A stretch of 64,000 bases of DNA from Octopus vulgaris (lineage: Eukaryota), in assembly GCA_951406725.2 (NCBI GenBank), contig OX597814.1:223076001-223140000 (forward strand). Direction: 5' to 3'. Of the stretch, positions 54,877 through 64,000 are shown piece after piece. The position numbers and the translations under genes are program-made. The number at the start of each line of letters is the position of its first letter. Positions within the stretch are counted from its first letter, which is position 1. Below the pieces are notes generated by a model. That model saw only the letters and a list, made by a program, of their open reading frames with translations. It made no database searches and was not told the origin of the DNA.

Positions 54877-55534
54877 ATATAGCGCAGGCTACCCTTTAGG
54901 CCGAGGGTATCTTGATAAAATGAAGTTTACATTTTCGTTAGGAGACCCAGGTTAAGACACGGTTTTTACCTACTTCATTCCTTAATTCTTGGATTATATA
55001 TACATGTCGTCTGTTGCGTTCTTGTAAGGATATATATATATATGTGTGTCTGTGTATGTATGTGTGTGTATGTGTGAATTTGTGTCTTGGTTGAGAGTTC
55101 TAAGGAGAGGTAGTTAAAGGCAAGTGGGTTAAATTTCGACTATTAAATAATGGTGTGTTTGAATCTTTGGAGTCGTGTATAGTCTATTCAAAGTAAAACA
55201 TTCTAGTTAGCAACAGTAGAAAAAAATATGAGAAAAAAAACCTATGTTAGATAAAATAAAATTGGTTCATTCCAGATGTTCACAAAACTAAACAAGGAGA
55301 CAAAGCAAAACAACGAAGTAAATCTTTGGAAGAATAACTCCAGCATCAACAACAATAGAAAGCGAAGCCAAATTCACAGCTGCTATTTTTGAAGTGAATT
55401 CACTCATGTTGAGTGATTGCGCTGTGTTTGGCTTGGGAAGAATTTCTATGTAAAGATCAGATGACCGGAGTTTGCATGGAGTTAGACGATTGAGATAGAT
55501 AAGAAAGTAAATAAGAAAATAGAAAGACACATAA

Positions 55535-55643
<109 letters not shown>

Positions 55644-55865
55644 AATAAAAAGAAATAGTACAAGATTGATGATACAAGACTACATAAGTAAAGACAAAAT
55701 AGCAAAAAGATAGATAAATAAAACAATAATAGTAGATTTAGTGTTAGAAATAGCGTCGTTTTCAGTTGAATGTTAGCTTGATGTTGTGTGCTTATTACAA
55801 CATTCACACACATATTTAAGCTATATCGTCTCTGCCACTTCACTTTCTCCCACCACTATTATAAG

Positions 55866-55905
<40 letters not shown>

Positions 55906-56035
55906 AGACTAATACACACAGACATATAGATACACATAAATACATTTACATAACTATTCTCTGTTTATATTTTATATCACCCTTTATATCTGACCCAGAC
56001 ATTTACTCCCACAGATGTACGTATGAACGTATGTA

Positions 56036-56112
<77 letters not shown>

Positions 56113-56731
56113 ACATATACATATACAAATATGTACATATATATATATATACATATATATATATGTATATGTATATATATGCATATATTTATACGTACAT
56201 ATCTATACATGGATATAGATATACATATATATACACATGGACATATATTTATATACATATATAAATATAAACATTTGTAAATATATATATACACATATAT
56301 GTGTATTTATATATACATACATATATACATGCTTAAGCATATGTATAAGGCAGACACAGGAACATACACATACAACACACACAGCACACTACACACACAG
56401 CACACACTACACACACAGCACACACACACACCACACACTCACACCACATGCGCGCGCGTGGACATATATATTTACATACAGAAAGTCAAAGTGAGAGAAT
56501 CAAGTATAGTGACAGTAAAAAGGAGAACGGGAGATTAGTAGAGAGCGCGGAGACGCCCGCATCTACAAACGTAAATGCATAATCTCTAGCTCAGCACTTT
56601 CTCATTCTTTTGTTCAATAAATACGAAGGACTCATAATCACATAAAAACACGCGAACATGTATATTAGTGATATATCAAATGAACAAGTACCAAGTTTTA
56701 AAAATACGTTTAGTCGAGTAACTGCATATAT

Positions 56732-57120
56732 GGAAGCACTCCGTCGGTAACGACGATGAGGGTTCCGGTTGATCCGAATCAACGGAACAGCCTGCTCGTG
56801 AAATTAACGTGTAAGTGGCTGAGCACTCCACAGACACGTGCACCCTTAAACGTAGTTCTCGGGGGATATTCAGCGTGACACAGAGAGTGACAAGGCCGGC
56901 CCTTTTGAAATACAAGGTACAACAGAAACAGGAAGTAAGAGTGAGAGAAAGTTGTGGTGAAAGAGTACAGCAGGGATCACCACCATCCCCTGCCAGAGCC
57001 TCGTGGAGCTTTTAGGTGTTTTTGCTCAATAAACACTCACAACGCCCGGTCTGGGAATCGAAACCGCGATCCTATGACCGCGAGTCCGCTGCCCTAACCA
57101 CTGGGCCATTGCGCCTCCAC
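56732..57120 (-). mobile_element. SINE family A with TSD
   Basis: Reverse complement of the 28620-29004 type; ACTGCATATAT at both flanks. Confidence 0.9.
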
Positions 57121-57691
57121 TACTGCATATATATAACACACACTAACATGCTTACATACATTGTTTCATTTAACAAATGCATTTACAAAATGTATTTGTC
57201 TTTACATAACTTCCTTTTATCGCTCTTAACACCTCTTTCTTTATCAATCTTTATGTTGATACATGTATGTGTATATTCATGTTTACATGTATGTATGTAT
57301 TTATGCATATATGTATGTACGTATGTAATTATGTGTGTATGTAAGTAGCGGTGAGCTGGCAGAATTCTTAGCCCACTCGTCAAAATGCTTATTGGTATTT
57401 CTTCTGTCCATACGTTCGGATTGGAAATTCCACAGAGATCAACCTTGCTGTTCGTTCGTTGTCGATAAAATAAGTACCAGTGAGATAAGAGCATAAAAAT
57501 TGCACCCCTTTGCCAAGCCATGTAGAACCAGTGTGCAAGAGTAGAGTCATCAAACTAATGTCGCAAGCACAAGTACACAACATCCTCTGAGACCGTGGTT
57601 GGCGAAGACAATATACTGCTATCGTCGTCCTGCAGTGGACTGAAAGTAGGCAATCCGAATTCAAATCCAATCCATATCTGAATTGCTTGTG

Positions 57692-57857
57692 TATGTATAT
57701 ATAGGGGCAGGCGTGACCCTCTAGTAAGAAGTTTGCTTCCTAACCACAGGATTCCGCGTTCAGTCCCACTGCGTGACAGTTTTGACTAGTGTATGTTCGT
57801 GCCGACCAATTTCTTGCGAATGGATTCGGCAAGCGGAAACTGAAAGAAGTGCTTATC

Positions 57858-57924
<67 letters not shown>

Positions 57925-58097
57925 TATATATATATGACTTCTTTCATTTTCCTCTTGCCAAATCCATTCGCAAGAGATTGGTCGGCACGAACTTACACTA
58001 GTCGAAACTGTCACGCAGTGGGACTGAACGCGGAATCCTGTGGTTAGGAAGCAAACTCCTTACTAGAGAATTACGCCTGCCCCTATATATATACATA
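57692..58097. repeat. Fold-back inverted repeat of a family B SINE head around (TA)n
   Basis: 57692-57850 is the reverse complement of 57937-58097. Confidence 0.9.
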
Positions 58098-58149
58098 TAA
58101 CTCTTAATTTATTTTTTCCGTGTTATTTGTAAATACTGGAAAAAAACAC

Positions 58150-58228
<79 letters not shown>

Positions 58229-58309
58229 TATATAAATATTTATATATATACATACACATATATATATACATATGTGTGTGTGTACATACTCGTGTGAGTG
58301 TTTATACCC

Positions 58310-58660
58310 ACTACGAATTATATCCGCATGTGTAGAAGCACCTAAAACATTCATGTCAGGTCAAACTTTTACCATAAAAATATCACTTCACCTCTGCATC
58401 GAAGAACCTAATGGTGGGAACTACATAGATCAAACTAGTTTGACGTTGAAGGACAGACTGACAGTACACAGGTAACAAATCCTGGACCTCACGACCAGGA
58501 AAATTCCCGTAAGCAAATACATAGACCAATATCTTGCAAGTGTAAATCCGAAATACCAAATCTTCCCTCTCTATCAACACTTCAACACAATTCCGTTTGA
58601 ATGCTCATTAAAAAATATAAACCATGATCGTTAAAAAATATAAAACACAGCTGAATAACC
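58310..58660 (+). pseudogene. Decayed PLE GIY-YIG remnant
   Basis: GNYIDQTSLTLKDRLTVHR*QI...IPVSKYID...NPKYQIFPLYQ...KKYKTQLN matches NYVGQTSLPLRKRVTVHKEQI...IPLSDHLD...NPKFYIFPFYQ...KFQTQLN in the intact PLE. Confidence 0.85.
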
Positions 58661-59661
58661 ATGAGAAGGAAGAAAAAAGACTACAAAGAAAAAGGACCCA
58701 ATTTTTTCCTCCAAGACAACCAGACAACAGACATAATTCCCAAAATACTTTAGTGAAAGTCTTCCATTCGGGTTTCGAAACCGCAACTCCAAATCACCAT
58801 ACAATAAAACCATGCAAATACCAGTTGCTGACATCTCCTAACTCTAAACCAATGAAATTTTATCTCCGATCAAAACTGAACGGCAGTAAATATAACAAAC
58901 TCACCCATTAAGAGTATCAACCACCTAGAACGGTTGGTGACCGTTCCCCACAAGGAAGTCCAGCAGGCAGAATGACAAACTTGACCACCAGAAAAATATG
59001 ACGTCATCAGTACTTTAACGAATCAAAAGTCATATCTGTTTACCCAAAAATATTATCAATACATTGAATTAAAAAAAATAAACGCTGTCACTAGCGAAAA
59101 TCCCTGCATACGACGGAAAAAGAGTCACAGAAATTGTAGCCTCCTTTTTTTTTACTATGTGCATCCCTCCCTTGTTTTTCTCCCTCTTAACTCAGTATGA
59201 CCGAATCTTTGGTGATCCACATTTCTTATCGATCACTGCAACCATTTTTGAATTTTGTGCATTTAAACAGGATGATCCATGATTTTTTAAATATATTATT
59301 GAATGTTGTGAACATTTAAATCATATTTGATATTATTGAATTTTGTAAACATTGAACTTTTTAAATATGTTTTTCTACTTCGCAATTTTAAATTTTTACC
59401 ATTGGTAAAAATAAATATTGTTGAAATTAGTTTGGTATATATGAAAATAAATTTATTTTAGAGCAATTACAAGTTTTTCAAATTCAGGTGCATTTTCAAA
59501 AACAATTTATATATATATATATGTGTGTGTACATAGTTCAAATTTATAGAAAACAAAAACGAAGACGGTGTGGGATCAACAAGCAGGTGTATTAATTTGA
59601 CGCTCTTCTCCAGAAAGTGTTGAGATGAAAAATGGGGAGGGAACGAAGAAAATCGGAGAAA

Positions 59662-59725
<64 letters not shown>

Positions 59726-59842
59726 ACACACACATATATATTATACACACACACACATATATATAACAAAGGAATGTTTCATACGTTATCGCTATAATCC
59801 TTTCAATAAGTGATTTAATTGCTACTCTTTAATCAATATACT

Positions 59843-59937
<95 letters not shown>

Positions 59938-59941
<4 letters not shown>

Positions 59942-60323
59942 AGGCGCAATGGCCCAGTGGTTAGGGCAGCGGACTCGCGGTCATAGGATCGCGGTTTCGA
60001 TTCCCAGACCGGGTGTTGTGAGTGTTTATTGAGCGAAAACACCTAAAGCTCCACGAGGTTCCGGCAGGGGATGGTGGTGATCCCTGCTGTACTCTTTCAC
60101 CACAACTTTCTCTCACTCTTACTACCTGTTTCTGTTGTACCTGTATTTCAAAGGGCCGGCCTTGTCACTCTCTGTGTCACGCTGAATATCCCCGAGAACT
60201 ACGTTAAGCGTACACGTGTCTGTGGAGTGCTCAGCCACTTACACGTTAATTTCACGAGCAGGCTGTTCCGTTGCTTCGGATCAACCGGAACCCTCATCGT
60301 CGCAACCGACGGAGTGCTTCCCC
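59938..60323 (+). mobile_element. SINE family A
   Basis: Colinear with 28620-29004. Confidence 0.9.
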
Positions 60324-60845
60324 ATATATATAGATAGATAGATGCCTACATACATAGAAACTTACACAAACGATTGTAGACACACGCACTTACGTGTGTG
60401 TGTGTGTGTGTGCATGTGTGCGTTGCGTGTATTTGTCTCTGACTAGGGTGTGTATATGTGCATCATATAATCTATTCTATCAACAAATATAAATTATAGA
60501 TATAATCAAACGTCTGCGATCAATGGAAAGAAACATAATACGGGAAATTCATGCTTATTATCAATTTCATATTTCTAAGAGTTCAATTCAGTTAAGAATC
60601 TCTTCCGATTTTAAAGGGATTTGCAACAACGTCATGAAAAAGATAATTCTCTATAGTTTGTAATCTATGTGGTTGAAAATATGATGTATAAATGTCGGCT
60701 CAATTATTAACTATTAAAAACTTCTGAAAGAGAGAGATGATGATTAAATTAAGGCCTTATCACTTATCTACACTCACTTGTTTTCATATTATTGATAACA
60801 TATAAAAAATTATATTGAATAGCAAATTTAGCTAAAGGCGAGGAA

Positions 60846-60847
60846 TG

Positions 60848-60899
<52 letters not shown>

Positions 60900-60907
60900 T
60901 AATGTTA

Positions 60908-60987
<80 letters not shown>

Positions 60988-60990
60988 AAG
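60846..60990. repeat. (TAA)n/(TGA)n compound microsatellite
   Basis: Direct reading. Confidence 0.95.
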
Positions 60991-60994
60991 GATG

Positions 60995-62372
60995 TTGATT
61001 ACGATAAATCTCACACAATAACATGAAAGAAAAGACAAGAAGGGAGTACTCGCGACGGGTGAGAAAGATATTGTCTTCAAAGCTAAATGCCAGAAATATA
61101 ATTTCGGCAACAAACACGCGCGCAGTCGCAGTAGTTCGGTATGGTGCTGGAATCCTGAAGTGGACTGAGGAGGAGCTAAAGGAGATGAACAGGGAGTCAG
61201 GAAAGCTTCTGACGATACACGGAGCCCATAATCCACTTGTGGACATTGATTGCCTATAATACATGAAGAGAGCAAATGTAGAAAGAGGATTGGTAAGTGT
61301 GGAAGACTGGATGCGTAACGAAATCGAGAGCTTAATGAGACATCTAGCCCAAAGTAAGGAAACCTTGATATTGACAGTTAGGAACGAGGGAGTATTGAAA
61401 TCAGTGAAAAAGGAAAAACAAAGGAAGACGTTCAAAGAGGACATGAAGAAGAATTACGCAAGAAGGGACTACACAATCAATTCCATGCAGCTACAACAGA
61501 AGTTGCAAGAAAAATAGGTGGTATTGGCTGATGAAAGGAACCCTAAAAATAGAGACCGAGAGTACTATGCGGGCAGAGCAAGACCAAATTTTGGCCAGGA
61601 ACTGGAGGGTCAACCTTAGGAATGAGTAAGTGTCTCCGCTGTGCCACATCTGCAATAGAGTGGATAAAACCATTGACCATATCACGAATGAATGCCCTAG
61701 GCTAGCCCAAAACCACTACAATTGTGACGACACGACCATTTAGCGAAATTGCTACATTGGAAACTAGGTGAAAAGAGGGGTTAGAGAGAGAGAGAGAGAG
61801 GGAGAGAGAGAGAGAGATACAGGCAGACAGAGAGACGGACAGACAGACAGAGAATTAAAACTAGCTATAAGCGCAAACCGTAGAGAGTGACGGAGTCGTA
61901 GACTACCAAAATCCCCTAGGATTTCCCAATTCAAACAGATCAGGTGCTAGACATTAACAAACCAGACCTAGTGGTGGTGGACAAGATGCACCATATAGTT
62001 GATGTTGCATGCCCATTTGACCCACGAATAGTCAAGATGGAAGGTGAAAACACAGATAAAAATACTACCCTCTTAAGTAAGAAATAGCCCGGCTATGGAA
62101 AATGAAGATGAAGATGATGCTAATTGTTGGATCCTTAGGAACAATATCAGAATGCATCTAGGGGAATATAAAGGAAATTGGAATAGAATGCCCAGTAGAA
62201 CTGTTACAAAACTTTTGCCTCCTAGGCACGGTGAGAATAATCAAGAAAGTATTAGGTAGCTGAAAAGGATGAACAACATGATACCGTAGGCTGCAGGTAG
62301 CAATCCGCTACGCATGTAAGACTCCAGGAGCTCCGACAAAACCTGTGATAACCGGAAGTAATAACAACAATA
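60995..62372 (+). mobile_element. R4/Dong-like LINE with restriction-like endonuclease, 5'-truncated and decayed
   Basis: RVRKILSSKLNARNIISATNT.AV.V.RYGAG, CCHC finger (CHIC...TIDHITNEC), RLE motif KPDLVVVDK...VDVACPFD, IVGSLGTI; ends in TAATAACAACAATAA. Confidence 0.85.
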
Positions 62373-64000
62373 ACAAGAGCAACAAGAAAAATACGTGTCA
62401 CGAGCGACGCTGTACCAAACAAAAACAAAAGCACCTTCCCACAAACGAATATAAAAAAGAGCAAATTAGGCACTCAGTTTAATACGTCACTATACAGTTA
62501 TGCCCGGAAACATAACTACCAAAGAAAAATATAATGGGGATTTTTGACCTTTCAGCCTACGATGCGATAAATATATCCATTCGAAGAACAAGGAAACGGT
62601 GTCATGTCAAAAAGTCAACCTTGAACAAACAGACACGTCTCCTATAGTCACCGTCACTGCTTTGATGGCAAGCCAAAATTCAAGCCGGATCGGTCATCAC
62701 CGGGACAAGAACTGCGTTACCCAGTGGGGAACCAGACTGGGGTCGAAAAGCCTGCTGCTAGAGCAAAATTCTCAAAAAATAAATTAACGAACCAGAAAAA
62801 GGATTACTCTTACCCTAGAATTGTAGTGACATCACCAAAACACAATGTAAAGCAAAATGCATAAGATGAACTAGAGAGGACTATAAAGATGTGTTGAAAG
62901 CTTTCTGTACAGACCAACTAAACCCAAACGTTAACCTCATTGTACAAACATACACTTCATGGAGAAACTTAGTAGACAACGAAGTACACAGATATATTGA
63001 CGCAAGTAAATTAAGTAATGTACGTAGATACATCATTAAGAATTAAAGGTTAATTAACGCTGAAATTAGCCAAATTAGGACACAAGTATACCATAGTAGA
63101 CCAAACGAACATAGTAACAATGCAGATAAAATGGGCAATAGATGCACAAAACCCAGTATACGAACAGTACATCCCAACAAGGAAACTGAAGAAAGAATAG
63201 CAAAGAACAGATATACGGAAAAAGGAGAAATTACATCTACCTCAAGAACGCCAGAATAGATATGACACAGAACAAGGTGAATAATAAAGAGAAGATCAAA
63301 GAAGCAACAGAAGATATTATGAGAGAACTCAGCAAGACTGAGTCTACTGACATGATCAATAGAGACATGATCAATAGAGAACCGCTACTAAAACTCTCAA
63401 ACAGCATAAAAAATAACGACATAATGATACACAATATTGCTCTTAGACAGAGCTTAAGAAATAAAGGAAACTAGATTAAGGTGACCCGCTCTAAGCGCGG
63501 GTGAGGGTGTGGTTTTTACTTTCTGTTGCGTCCTTTCCCTTTCTTATTGCGACATTTTCCCTCTTTGTTTTTCTCTCCTTTCTCTCTCACTTTCCAACTC
63601 TCTTACTCTTCCTTTCTCTCGGACTCTCCCTAGCTTTCTCTTACGCATGCACGTAAAATCACAAAAATAATTCAAAATTACTTAAAACGTTGTGAAATTT
63701 GATACTTTTTTTCTGGTATATTTTGACGGTTCATGATGCAAATGAAAGTTAAAATTTTGGCCTTTAACACAATACCATTTTTACCCATGTCAACCAAATA
63801 ATGCAAACAGAAGAAAATTAAATATAAAAATAGGGCAAAAATGTACACTTTTTAAAAGTCGAAAAATTTTACGCCCCTTTCCAAAATCCCCCAAATTTTT
63901 ACACCCATAATTAAAGATAACCGCCTCTAGCCTCTGCAGCAACACGAAAAGCCACCATTTCTCAAACAGCGCATCCTGTCTATCCCATAAAGCTCAAGTT

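Noticed and set aside
62380-63480. A-rich plus-strand stretch resembling retroelement coding sequence
   Set aside because: Multiple stops and no recognisable RT, endonuclease or gag motif.

Overview
AT-rich, microsatellite-dense eukaryotic non-genic DNA. The SINE families and repeat landscape look like an octopus/cephalopod genome (inference). I can support no host protein-coding gene. The centrepiece is a young, near-intact Penelope-like retroelement (PLE, 3681-8631, +) inserted in a (TA)n tract. It has near-identical ~337-bp direct pseudo-LTRs, each with a hammerhead-like ribozyme whose core is a U3-A8 covariant. An extra coiled-coil plus Pro/His/Tyr-rich ORF1 lies upstream and joins the Met-less RT/GIY-YIG frame at an in-phase HIV-type U_UUU_UUA heptamer, a candidate -1 programmed frameshift. 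The rest of the window holds two decayed PLE relatives, several separate hammerhead motifs beside (TA)n tracts, and tandem ORF1-only (HAL1-like) L1/Tx1 elements. It also holds two non-autonomous Helitrons (one enclosing an L1-type ORF1 fragment), a deleted mariner, CR1, RTE and R4/Dong-like LINE fragments, four tRNA-derived SINE families, and several local inverted or direct duplications. Most short ORFs in the track are microsatellite artefacts. All alignments and folds were done by eye; edges of decayed elements are approximate.
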